DNA from: Pseudomonadota bacterium
Lineage (GTDB): Bacteria > Pseudomonadota > Gammaproteobacteria > Pseudomonadales > Halieaceae
Length of the DNA: 54,553 nt
Assembly: GCA_015222725.1 (NCBI GenBank)
Contig: JADFVW010000239.1
Coordinates: 1-54,553 of the forward strand
Direction of reading: 5' to 3'
The translations under genes were made by a program, and so were the position numbers. The notes beneath the pieces were generated by a model. The model was not told the origin of the DNA. It was given only the letters and a program-made list of their open reading frames with translations, and made no database searches. Shown here one piece after another: positions 1-8,534 of the stretch; position 1 is the first letter of the stretch; each line of letters begins with the position of its first letter.

Positions 1-2
1 CA

Positions 3-356
3 CTGGAGGAAGGAGCCAGGGAGAGCATAAAATCCACCAAAGCGGCCAGCAAAAGCTCGGTGGAGGACCGCATTAACAAAGTGCGGGAAAACTTCAATCT
101 ACAGCGCTTTGGTCGAGGCGATGACGTGGCCGAGTTGCAGGCCAAGGTTGACCTTATCTCCAAAAAACTGGACCTGCTAACCACAGCACTGACCGATTCG
201 GGCGCAATTGTTGTACCCAGAGGCAAACGCAAGCCCGCCCCAAAGAAACCCGCAGCTAACAAAGCAACCAGCCGAAAGGCCCCGGCTAAAAAAGCCGCAG
301 TGAAGAAAAAAGCAGCCGCGAAACGAAAACCCGCATCCCGTAAAAGCAAGGCCTGA
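3..356 (+). CDS. PHA granule-associated phasin-like protein (PhaF-like) with a Lys/Ala/Pro-rich histone-H1-like C-terminal tail; 5' end runs off the window
   Basis: The reading frame is open from the window edge, with no stop before the GTG at 60 used by the ORF track. DRINKVRENFNLQRFGRGDDVAELQAKVDLISKKLDLLT resembles the PhaF/PhaI phasin helix. It is followed by the tail KKPAANKATSRKAPAKKAAVKKKAAAKRKPASRKSKA. Confidence 0.6.
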   Translation: MEEGARESIKSTKAASKSSVEDRINKVRENFNLQRFGRGDDVAELQAKVDLISKKLDLLTTALTDSGAIVVPRGKRKPAPKKPAANKATSRKAPAKKAAVKKKAAAKRKPASRKSKA

Positions 357-368
357 GCCCGACACTCG

Positions 369-1025
369 ATGAAAACGAAGGACCGTATTCTCGTTACCAG
401 CCTGACCCTGTTCAATGAAGAGGGCGAGGCCAATACGACGACCATTGATATTGCCAATGAAATGGATATCAGCCCCGGCAACCTGTATTACCATTTCAAG
501 GGGAAGGACGAGATTATTGCCGAGCTCTTTGCGCAATACGAACTGGCTCTGGGTGAGACCCTGACCGCCCCTATAGAACAACCCTTAAGCGACAAAGAGA
601 GCAACGTAGAGGACAACTGGTACTACCTCTACGTGGTAATGGAGGAGATGTTTCAATACCGCTTTCTCTACCACAATCTTGAAAACATCCTCTATCGCTA
701 TCCCGGCCTCCGAAAGCGATTCAGGCGATTAATACAGCTGAAGCGAGCAGCGCTCTACGCCATCTGTCAAACCCTGCTGAAACAGGCTGTTATCAATACC
801 AAAGACCAACAACTTGTGGGGCTGGTCGACAATATGACCCTCACCCTCACCTTCTGGTTTAGCTATGACCAGCTGCTCAATGACAATCGACCACCCCAGG
901 TCACCATACACCAGGGGGTGCTGCAGTTACTGACCATGGTGGCCCCCTATCTGGGCGATGAGCAGCTGAGTTTCTATCGCGATTGTGAGGCCATATACAC
1001 CAGCATGCTGGAGCAAACCGGCTAA
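369..1025 (+). CDS. TetR/AcrR-family transcriptional regulator (PhaD-like subgroup)
   Basis: The N-terminal HTH TIDIANEMDISPGNLYYHFKGKDEII is a typical TetR_N signature. The overall sequence resembles Pseudomonas PhaD as I recall it. It lies 12 bp downstream of the phasin-like ORF. Confidence 0.8.
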   Translation: MKTKDRILVTSLTLFNEEGEANTTTIDIANEMDISPGNLYYHFKGKDEIIAELFAQYELALGETLTAPIEQPLSDKESNVEDNWYYLYVVMEEMFQYRFLYHNLENILYRYPGLRKRFRRLIQLKRAALYAICQTLLKQAVINTKDQQLVGLVDNMTLTLTFWFSYDQLLNDNRPPQVTIHQGVLQLLTMVAPYLGDEQLSFYRDCEAIYTSMLEQTG

Positions 1026-1031
1026 ACGGTT

Positions 1032-1673
1032 TTACTTGCGCAGTAAAATCACATCGGCGCCCTCAAACTTCATTTCCGCAGTGTTTTGATCAGCCCACCA
1101 CTGCCACGTCTCCCGCGAGAAAAAGCACACATGCGTGGGGTCATTTTTATAGTGCCAGGTGGTAAAAGCAGCGGCACCCAGAACCAGCTTCGTCATCACA
1201 GCCAGAGTGCCGCCCGGCCTGAGCATGCTCCACAGGCGCGACAGATCGTCACCGGGCTTATGCATATGCTCTACCACTTCAGTTGCGGTGACAAAGTCAT
1301 AACTGTGTTGCAATACAGCTGTATCCGGTGCGTAAAAGGGATCGTATATTGCCATTGAGTGGCCGCCCTCGCGCAGCATCTGCGCCAGGGCGGGGCCGGG
1401 CCCACAGCCAAAATCCAGGCCACTGGAAGCGGGGGCAATAGCCTCGTTCAGTGGCACCAATAGCCGGGATAAAAATCTCCTGTAGCCGGGATCTTCCACA
1501 GCATTTTCGTGCTTGTCGTACTCGGCCCGCTCTTTCACGACGCTCAGGTGAAAACTCGAGGGAACGAACACCAATGCACAGTAAGTACAGCGCAAATATT
1601 CTCGACGCTTATCGGTGAAAAAAGGCGAGCCACCAGTGGCATTGCACAGGGGGCACTGTGTACTATCTGTCAT
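1032..1673 (-). CDS. Class I SAM-dependent methyltransferase with an N-terminal zinc ribbon
   Basis: The CPLC...CTYC cysteine pairs are followed by SAM-binding motif I (LDFGCGPGP) and downstream Rossmann-fold motifs (IYDPF, ATEVVEHM). Confidence 0.75.
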   Translation of the reverse strand: MTDSTQCPLCNATGGSPFFTDKRREYLRCTYCALVFVPSSFHLSVVKERAEYDKHENAVEDPGYRRFLSRLLVPLNEAIAPASSGLDFGCGPGPALAQMLREGGHSMAIYDPFYAPDTAVLQHSYDFVTATEVVEHMHKPGDDLSRLWSMLRPGGTLAVMTKLVLGAAAFTTWHYKNDPTHVCFFSRETWQWWADQNTAEMKFEGADVILLRK

Positions 1674-1717
1674 CCAGTATCATCAAAATAAACGATCAAT
1701 CAAAAAAGGAGATTAGC

Positions 1718-1813
1718 ATGAGCATTCAAATTGGCGACAGTATCCCGGCATGTACATTAAAGGCCATGGGCGTGGATGTCAGCTCCGCCGAAACCATGAT
1801 GGCCCTGCTTTAG
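1718..1813 (+). pseudogene. 5' remnant (31 codons) of a Prx5/AhpC-TSA-type peroxiredoxin gene
   Basis: A strong SD (AAGGAG, 1706-1711) sits 6 nt before the ATG at 1718. MSIQIGDSIPACTLKAMGVDVSSAE matches the usual N-terminus of Prx5-like peroxiredoxins. The frame stops at 1811-1813, before any catalytic Cys motif, and that stop overlaps the stop of the convergent PqiA-like gene. Confidence 0.45.
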
Positions 1814-2439
1814 GCTGCGAGACGCCGCTGCCGACCCGTATCCATCAGGGCCGACGCGGCAATCGAAAACAGGCAGTAGGCAAGGAAGAAGTAAAAACCC
1901 GGTTCCAGCGTGGCGCTCATAGTGAGCAAATCACCCACCTGCTCAGATGCGCTGCCCGCCATAAATGCCACCAGTAAGCCCATCACAAACACATCTGACA
2001 TAGACCACTTACTGAGGGCGGCATTCAGCCACAGTAGATGCCGGCGCAAATCAGGGCCCGATACAAACAGGGTCAATGCTTGCAAGAGTAATTTAAAAAC
2101 GGGAATAACCAGACTGAAAAACACAATCAGGAAGGCCACTGCGACATTGCCCGATCTAGCCAGCTCTTCCACCGTTCCCCACATGGAACGAGTACTGCTA
2201 TAAGCCTGGAGCTGCCCCTCTATCTGGTCCAGGCCCAGGAAACTGGAAATCATGGTAAGCATCTGCCGCGTCTGGTCGTCGGCGCTCTCACCGGCCACCA
2301 TCTCAATGCCCAGCCTGGCCATCTCAGATTTTTCGATTGTGCCACTGAGGGTCAACACCGGTTGTGTCACCCCCGGATAGAGTAAGCCCAGTGCAATAAA
2401 AATAAACACCAGTGTTAAAACTTTTTGTGTGCCTGTCAT
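1810..2439 (-). CDS. PqiA (paraquat-inducible protein A) family integral membrane protein, single-domain
   Basis: Multiple TM segments are present. The signature-like stretch SKWSMSDVFVMGLLVAF is typical of the PqiA family. No PqiB/MCE partner lies adjacent. Confidence 0.6.
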   Translation of the reverse strand: MTGTQKVLTLVFIFIALGLLYPGVTQPVLTLSGTIEKSEMARLGIEMVAGESADDQTRQMLTMISSFLGLDQIEGQLQAYSSTRSMWGTVEELARSGNVAVAFLIVFFSLVIPVFKLLLQALTLFVSGPDLRRHLLWLNAALSKWSMSDVFVMGLLVAFMAGSASEQVGDLLTMSATLEPGFYFFLAYCLFSIAASALMDTGRQRRLAA

Positions 2440-2482
2440 CCGTTAGCTCCCCAAACAAGGCGGCATCATACCGCACTCCCTG

Positions 2483-3862
2483 TCATCTAAAGAAGAGATA
2501 ACAAACCGAGCTGATAACCAGCACGCCCAGAAGGTTCAGTACCACCCCCTCCTGCGCCATGCGCCGCACCGTGATCATGCCCGTGCCAAACACCACAGAG
2601 TTCGGTGCTGTTGCCACCGGTAACATAAAGGCACAGCTGGCGCTCATGGCAGCGGGCACCATCATTACCTCAGGGGCTATTCCCGACGCCAGTGCGGCGG
2701 CCGCCAATACCGGCATTAACAACGTTGTGCTGGCGGTATTTGAGGTGGCCTCTGTCATAAAGGTGACGGTGGCACAAATCACCACGATCAGGGTCAGCAG
2801 GTGCATTTGGGTCATCGATGCCAACCACTGTCCCATCAGGTCGCTGAGGCCGGAATTAACAAAGCCCTTTGCCAGACAGATACCACCGGAAAACAGCAGC
2901 AGAACACCCCAGGGGATAGTGCTTGCATGCTTCCAGTCCAGTAGCCTGCCACCTTTGCCATTGGGTGTAAGAAAGATCACCACCACCGCCAGCAGCGCTA
3001 CCGAAGCATCATTGGCCTGGGGAATATCCAGCCAGGTTTTCCAGCCCCCGAAGGGCTCGCTGCGCGTAATCCAGGCCAGGGCAGTCAGGCCAAATACGAT
3101 CATGACGCGTTTCTCTTGTGTTCGCCAGGAACCAATATCGGGCAAGTCCACCGACAGCGACCCCTTCAAATTGCGCGTTAAGATCATGGCCATTACGGGC
3201 ACCATGACAACGACCACCGGAATTGCCCACACCATCCACTGGGAGAAGCTGATACTGGCTCCCGTGCTCTGCTCGTAAATCTGCATAAAAATCAGGTTGG
3301 GCGGCGTGCCGATTGGTGTTCCTATACCGCCAACACTGGCCGCGTAGGCAATGCCCAACAGCAGGGGAACGGCGAGAGACTCCCGGTCATCACTGGCATC
3401 CAGAATGGCCAGGGCCACCGGTAGCAGCATCAGGGTGGTGGCCGTGTTGGAGATCCACATACTCAGCACGGCAGAGGCAGCCATAAAGCCCATTACCAGG
3501 CGACGGCCACTGCTGGCACCGAACAGGTTCACCATGCCTATGGCAATCCGGCGGTGGGCACCCGAGTGCTCCATGGCCTTGGACAGCAAAAAGCCGCCCA
3601 ACAAGAGAAGAATCAGGGGAGAACCGTAGGCCTGACCGACCTCTGCAGGTGTCAGGACTCCCAACAGGGGCAATATTGCCAGGGGAAGGAGGGAGGTGAC
3701 GGGAATGGGGATGGGTTCAAATACCCACCAGACAATACACAGCACTGCCACAAAAGCCACCACAGCCATGTCGGTATCATAGCCTGCAACGCTTATGGAC
3801 CTCGCTACCAGAATTGCCACCACCGGCCCCAACCACCTCGCCCACAGGCGAACATCATGCAT
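2483..3862 (-). CDS. SLC13/DASS-family (divalent anion:Na+ symporter) permease
   Basis: This is a 459-aa polytopic protein with the duplicated hairpin motifs SNTATTLMLLPV ... GTPPNLI and SNTASTTLLMPV ... TAPNSVVFG, characteristic of DASS transporters. Confidence 0.85.
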   Translation of the reverse strand: MHDVRLWARWLGPVVAILVARSISVAGYDTDMAVVAFVAVLCIVWWVFEPIPIPVTSLLPLAILPLLGVLTPAEVGQAYGSPLILLLLGGFLLSKAMEHSGAHRRIAIGMVNLFGASSGRRLVMGFMAASAVLSMWISNTATTLMLLPVALAILDASDDRESLAVPLLLGIAYAASVGGIGTPIGTPPNLIFMQIYEQSTGASISFSQWMVWAIPVVVVMVPVMAMILTRNLKGSLSVDLPDIGSWRTQEKRVMIVFGLTALAWITRSEPFGGWKTWLDIPQANDASVALLAVVVIFLTPNGKGGRLLDWKHASTIPWGVLLLFSGGICLAKGFVNSGLSDLMGQWLASMTQMHLLTLIVVICATVTFMTEATSNTASTTLLMPVLAAAALASGIAPEVMMVPAAMSASCAFMLPVATAPNSVVFGTGMITVRRMAQEGVVLNLLGVLVISSVCYLFFR

Positions 3863-3864
3863 AG

Positions 3865-4926
3865 TTATTCGCCCGCCGGCATGGCCATTTTTATCATTCT
3901 GTCGCCAACATAGGAGCCAATGTAGAGATTCCCGGCAACTTCAACAGCAACTGTGCCCGCCCCCATGGGCTGACCTTCTCGCCTCAATAGCAGCCGTTTC
4001 TCCAGCGTATCCGGGTCGACTTCATAGATTGAGAAGGGCAGCAGGCTGGGGGCATTGCCCTCCTGCTTAAGGCTCTTGAGCAACTGCAGTGTCGAGGCAT
4101 GCTGTGAAGCGACCAGCAACTTTCCCCGGCTGCTCCAGCTGAGATTATCGGGCTTTTCAATTTCCACATTGGCCAGTAGTTCGCCAGATGCCAGATCATA
4201 CTTGCGCAGTTCATTGCCGAAATAAATATTCAGGAAAAAGCTTTCGCCATCGGGGCTGAGCAAAATACCATTGGGCATCTTCCCCTCGGTTCCGGGCACT
4301 GGTGAAAAGCCTGAATCCCTGCCCCAACGGTAAACATAGCCACTGTCGACGCCAAAAAATGACAAAAACAGCTGCCACATTTCGGAATCCTTATCGGCCA
4401 TATGTGTTACCAGAAAGCCGCCATCGGGCAGGGCAGCAACATCGTTGATATTTCCCTGGTCGGGCATAACCACGCAGCCTCGCCAGGTAGCCCTTGGCCT
4501 GCCCCGATCACCAAATTCCAGCTCGAAGAACTCCACGGACTCCCTGCCCGCGTGATTGACAACCAGCAATTGCCAGCGACCATCACTGCGCATACTCAAA
4601 TCGATACCGTGAGCCTGCAGGGAGCTGCTGGGCGTTTTACAGCTGGGCTCTCCCCAAAACTCCTCTACTGCAAGCCTCGAATCCGAGCCGGGAAACAGGA
4701 TATGCACACTGTTATTGTGGGTATTTAATGCCGCCAGGCTGCCATTTTCCCCGAACTGACCGAAGATAATATCCCTGCCATTGGGGGCTACCACTAAATC
4801 TTCAGGCTTATCCAGACCACAAATCGATTCAATTCCGTCGACTTCCTCGCAGCTCCCGGCCGAAACAGCCGCTGCGCTGATGCTAAGCACAAGCCAGATC
4901 CCCAGGACTGTCATTGTTTTTATCAT
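3865..4926 (-). CDS. Secreted SMP-30/gluconolactonase/LRE-like (arylesterase-like) beta-propeller protein
   Basis: I place the start at the internal ATG (4926), which gives MIKTMTVLGIWLVLSISAAAVSA, a signal peptide. PNGILLSPDGESFFL and LPDGGFLVTH are SGL-type propeller repeats. The longer ORF-track N-terminus overlaps the moaA leader and lacks signal-peptide logic. Confidence 0.6.
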   Translation of the reverse strand: MIKTMTVLGIWLVLSISAAAVSAGSCEEVDGIESICGLDKPEDLVVAPNGRDIIFGQFGENGSLAALNTHNNSVHILFPGSDSRLAVEEFWGEPSCKTPSSSLQAHGIDLSMRSDGRWQLLVVNHAGRESVEFFELEFGDRGRPRATWRGCVVMPDQGNINDVAALPDGGFLVTHMADKDSEMWQLFLSFFGVDSGYVYRWGRDSGFSPVPGTEGKMPNGILLSPDGESFFLNIYFGNELRKYDLASGELLANVEIEKPDNLSWSSRGKLLVASQHASTLQLLKSLKQEGNAPSLLPFSIYEVDPDTLEKRLLLRREGQPMGAGTVAVEVAGNLYIGSYVGDRMIKMAMPAGE

Positions 4927-5072
4927 GCGTGTATTCCCTTTTGGCCGATAGCCTGTGGCGAGTCCGTATCCTGTCGCACACCACGGCCGCTGTAAAGCCC
5001 AGGGCCGTTTTAAGCACCGCGTCCTTCCCAGGGATAGAGTATCTGGTGGATAAAGATTACAATTCACCAGAT

Positions 5073-6080
5073 ATGAAAAACCTCCCCCCTACTCTCATTG
5101 ATAGATTCCAGCGCCGCGTAGACTACGTCAGGCTGTCAGTCACAGATCGCTGCGATTTTCGCTGCGTCTATTGCATGGCGGAGGAAATGACGTTTATCCC
5201 CAAGCCAGAGGTGCTCACTCTGGAGGAGCTTTACCAGGTGGGCAGGGCATTTACTGAATTGGGCGTGACCAAAATACGCCTGACCGGCGGAGAGCCTCTT
5301 ATTCGGCCCAATGTTATCTCCCTGATCGAGCAGCTGGGCCAGCTGAACGGCCTGGATGAGTTGGTCATCACTACTAACGGCTCGCAGCTACAACGACTGG
5401 CACCGCGCCTGCGAGAGGCCGGCGTTAAACGCCTGAATATCAGCCTGGATACCCTGCATTCGCGCAAATTTCGCAGTCTTACCCGGCATGGCAACCTGGA
5501 TCAGGTCATCGCGGGTATCGATGCGGCAATCGAAACGGGCTTTGACGGAATAAAAATTAACGCTGTCATACTGAAAGGGCGCAATGAGGATGAGGCCGTG
5601 GACCTGGTTAGTTTTGCCAGGGATCGAAAAATTGATTTATCCTTTATCGAGGAAATGCCTCTGGGCCTGATCGACGATCACGACAGAAAATTAAGCTTTT
5701 GCAGCAGTGACGAATTGCTACAGGATATCCAGCGTGTCTATCCGCTGACCTCACTGGGAGAACCGAGCGGAAATGCCGGGCCCACGCGATACTTCAGTAT
5801 GGCCGACAGCACATCCCGGATAGGTTTTATCTCGCCCCACAGCAACAACTTTTGCCATCTATGCAATCGCGTGCGCGTCACTGTCGAAGGTCAATTATTG
5901 TTATGCCTGGGCAATGAACACTCTGTGGATTTGCGCTGCATCCTGCGCGACGAAAATTACTCGCTGGACCTGCTCAAGCGTGCAATTGTAGACGCCATGC
6001 AAATCAAACCCGAGAAACATCATTTTGACAATGAGGGCCAAACCGAAATATTGCGGTTTATGAACATGACCGGCGGTTGA
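5073..6080 (+). CDS. moaA: GTP 3',8-cyclase MoaA (radical SAM, molybdenum cofactor biosynthesis)
   Basis: YVRLSVTDRCDFRCVYCM carries the CxxxCxxC radical-SAM cluster. The C-terminal second-cluster cysteines are CHLCNRVRVT. I place the start at ATG 5073 (MKNLPP...), giving about 335 aa, typical for MoaA. Confidence 0.9.
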   Translation: MKNLPPTLIDRFQRRVDYVRLSVTDRCDFRCVYCMAEEMTFIPKPEVLTLEELYQVGRAFTELGVTKIRLTGGEPLIRPNVISLIEQLGQLNGLDELVITTNGSQLQRLAPRLREAGVKRLNISLDTLHSRKFRSLTRHGNLDQVIAGIDAAIETGFDGIKINAVILKGRNEDEAVDLVSFARDRKIDLSFIEEMPLGLIDDHDRKLSFCSSDELLQDIQRVYPLTSLGEPSGNAGPTRYFSMADSTSRIGFISPHSNNFCHLCNRVRVTVEGQLLLCLGNEHSVDLRCILRDENYSLDLLKRAIVDAMQIKPEKHHFDNEGQTEILRFMNMTGG

Positions 6081-6117
6081 GCTGGCTTTCTCGAAGCGCA
6101 CCAGGAGCAAGTATTAA

Positions 6118-7059
6118 GTGAATACCAAGGACTTCCCACAACTGGATTCCATAGAAAAGATTGAACAGGGCTTCGAGTCCTTCGGCTATATATGCAGCAC
6201 CCAGATTGCCACGGCAGTTTTTCTGGCATTCCATCTGCGCAAGCCGATTCTGGTAGAGGGCCCCCCCGGCGTGGGAAAAACAGAACTGGCGAAAACCACT
6301 TCCGAGCTGCTCAGCCTGCCCCTGATACGCCTGCAGTGCTACGAGGGGTTGGACGAGGCCAAGGCACTGTACGAATGGAAGTACGGCAAGCAACTACTCT
6401 ATACCCAGGTACTGAAAGAAAAACTTGGCGACCTGTTGCAGGGCGCCCAGGGCCTGGCTGAGTCGGTTGAGCGACTGCACCAGTTCGGCGACATATTTTA
6501 TTCACCGGATTTTCTTGAACCTCGCCCCCTGTTAAAAGCCATGCAACAGGACAAGGGGGCTGTTCTGCTGATTGATGAGGTCGACAAGTCAGACTACGAG
6601 TTTGAATCCCTGCTGCTGGAACTGCTGTCGGACTACCAAATATCAATTCCAGAAATTGGCACGGTTAAAGCCAAGACTACTCCCATGGTGTTTCTCACCA
6701 GTAACAATACAAGGGACCTGAGTGACGCCCTGAAACGTCGCTGCCTGCACCTGTACATCCCCTTCCCCACCCTCGAGCTTGAAGAGCGGATTATACGAAG
6801 TCGCGTACCCGATATTGACGAGGTACTGCGCTCTCAGCTGGTCCAGTTCGTACACTCTTTGCGCCAGCTGGACCTGAAGAAAAACCCGGCAATCTCGGAG
6901 ACAATCGACTGGGCGCGCAGCCTGCTGCTGTTACACGCTAACAAACTTGATGAAGATTTGATTCGCACAACCTTAAACGTGCTGCTCAAGTTCGAGGACG
7001 ACATAAGCGCCACAGAACCCGAACTGCGCAGCTTGATCAGTGAGGCAACAGCCCAATAG
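6118..7059 (+). CDS. MoxR-family AAA+ ATPase (CoxD-like branch)
   Basis: Walker A is EGPPGVGKTELAK and Walker B is VLLIDEVDKSD. The sensor/arginine region is ALKRRC. The GTG start is preceded by AGGAG (6103-6107). Confidence 0.85.
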   Translation: MNTKDFPQLDSIEKIEQGFESFGYICSTQIATAVFLAFHLRKPILVEGPPGVGKTELAKTTSELLSLPLIRLQCYEGLDEAKALYEWKYGKQLLYTQVLKEKLGDLLQGAQGLAESVERLHQFGDIFYSPDFLEPRPLLKAMQQDKGAVLLIDEVDKSDYEFESLLLELLSDYQISIPEIGTVKAKTTPMVFLTSNNTRDLSDALKRRCLHLYIPFPTLELEERIIRSRVPDIDEVLRSQLVQFVHSLRQLDLKKNPAISETIDWARSLLLLHANKLDEDLIRTTLNVLLKFEDDISATEPELRSLISEATAQ

Positions 7060-7089
7060 GACTTCAACAAACCTGGGGCCAGTAACTCT

Positions 7090-8526
7090 ATGCATTCAAA
7101 ACTTCTCAGCTTTATCCAGATATTGCGCAGCCGAGACGTACGAATTTCCCCCGCTGAAACGCTGGACGCCATGGACATTGTAGCCGTTCTTGGTTTTTCA
7201 AATCGCAGCTTCCTGCACGACGGCCTGTCCATGGCGCTGGCCAAGACTCCCCAGGAGAAAGCCACCTTTAGCCAGTGTTTCGAGCATTTCTTCAAGCAGG
7301 AGCTGCTGGATTTCTCCCGTGACAGCGACGCTCCGTCTGAGCGGCAACCACCCGATAAAGATTCAGTCGCGGCAGGGGAAATTTCCGACGATGATATTGC
7401 CTCGCGTCCAGAGAGTGCCGATGCAGTTCTGGAAAACGCTGCACAGCAAGACGCGCAGCTGCAAGCACTGCTAGATGGCAATCTGATGCAGAATTTAATG
7501 CAAAACAACCGCAATGAGCTCAGCCTTGTCCTGAACCAGGCGGGAGAGCGCGTGGGCCTGGCCCAGATTCAAATGTTTACCCAGAAGGGCCAGTACACGC
7601 GCAAGATTCTCGATGAACTGGGTGAGGAGCATATTCGCCAGGCAGTCATTGAGCTGGAGAAAAACAACAGTCCCGCTTTATCCCAATTACAGCGCTACCG
7701 GGACATTTTGCGAGAGCAGGTACGCGATTACGTAGAGAGGGAATATCTGCTCCACGCCGAGGGAAAAAACAAGCAGTTTATGGACGAAATTCTCAGTAAG
7801 ACGCGCCTGAATAATCTGGAGCACCACTATCTGCACAAGGTACACGACCTGGTGCGCAAGATGGCCAAGAAACTGGCCGCAAAGCACTCGCGAAAAAGAA
7901 GAGTAAGCAAACGCGGACAGCTGAACATGTCAAAAACCATACGCGCAGGCATCGCCAACGATGGCATCATGTTCAAGACGTACTGGAAACAGGTCCGCAA
8001 GGACAAACCACAAATTCTGGCCGTTTGCGATGTCAGCGGCTCGGTCGCAGCCTATGCGAAATTTCTACTGCTGTTTCTCTACAGCCTGCAAGACGTACTG
8101 CCGAAAGTGCGCAGCTTCGCTTTTTCCAGCCACCTCGGTGAAGTCAGCGATTATTTTGTCGACTACCCGGTGGAAAAAGCCATTGAGCTCATTAACTGGA
8201 AATACGGCGGCGCCACCGATTACGGTAATAGCCTGATGGACTTTGCCAGCCTCGCGCTGGACGATATCAACAGCAACACTACCGTCATCATTCTCGGAGA
8301 TGCCAGGAATAATAATGGCGACCCGAAACTGGAAATTATGCAAAGCATTTATCAGCGGGCCAAGCAGGTCATATGGCTCAACCCGGAATCCCGCAAAGCC
8401 TGGGGAACCGGTGACTCCGACATGCTGCGCTACCAAAGTGCCTGTCATTTTACCGCTGAATGCAATAACCTTAGACAGTTAGAGCGAATCGTCGATCAAC
8501 TTCTCAAAAGCACAAGTGTGGCTTAA
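7090..8526 (+). CDS. VWA domain protein, CoxE-like
   Basis: The C-terminal von Willebrand A fold has the MIDAS motif AVCDVSGSV and the later motifs GGATDYG and ILGDARNN. The N-terminal half is long, acidic and helical. It lies 30 bp after the MoxR gene. Confidence 0.8.
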   Translation: MHSKLLSFIQILRSRDVRISPAETLDAMDIVAVLGFSNRSFLHDGLSMALAKTPQEKATFSQCFEHFFKQELLDFSRDSDAPSERQPPDKDSVAAGEISDDDIASRPESADAVLENAAQQDAQLQALLDGNLMQNLMQNNRNELSLVLNQAGERVGLAQIQMFTQKGQYTRKILDELGEEHIRQAVIELEKNNSPALSQLQRYRDILREQVRDYVEREYLLHAEGKNKQFMDEILSKTRLNNLEHHYLHKVHDLVRKMAKKLAAKHSRKRRVSKRGQLNMSKTIRAGIANDGIMFKTYWKQVRKDKPQILAVCDVSGSVAAYAKFLLLFLYSLQDVLPKVRSFAFSSHLGEVSDYFVDYPVEKAIELINWKYGGATDYGNSLMDFASLALDDINSNTTVIILGDARNNNGDPKLEIMQSIYQRAKQVIWLNPESRKAWGTGDSDMLRYQSACHFTAECNNLRQLERIVDQLLKSTSVA

Positions 8527-8534
8527 ATAGGTAG

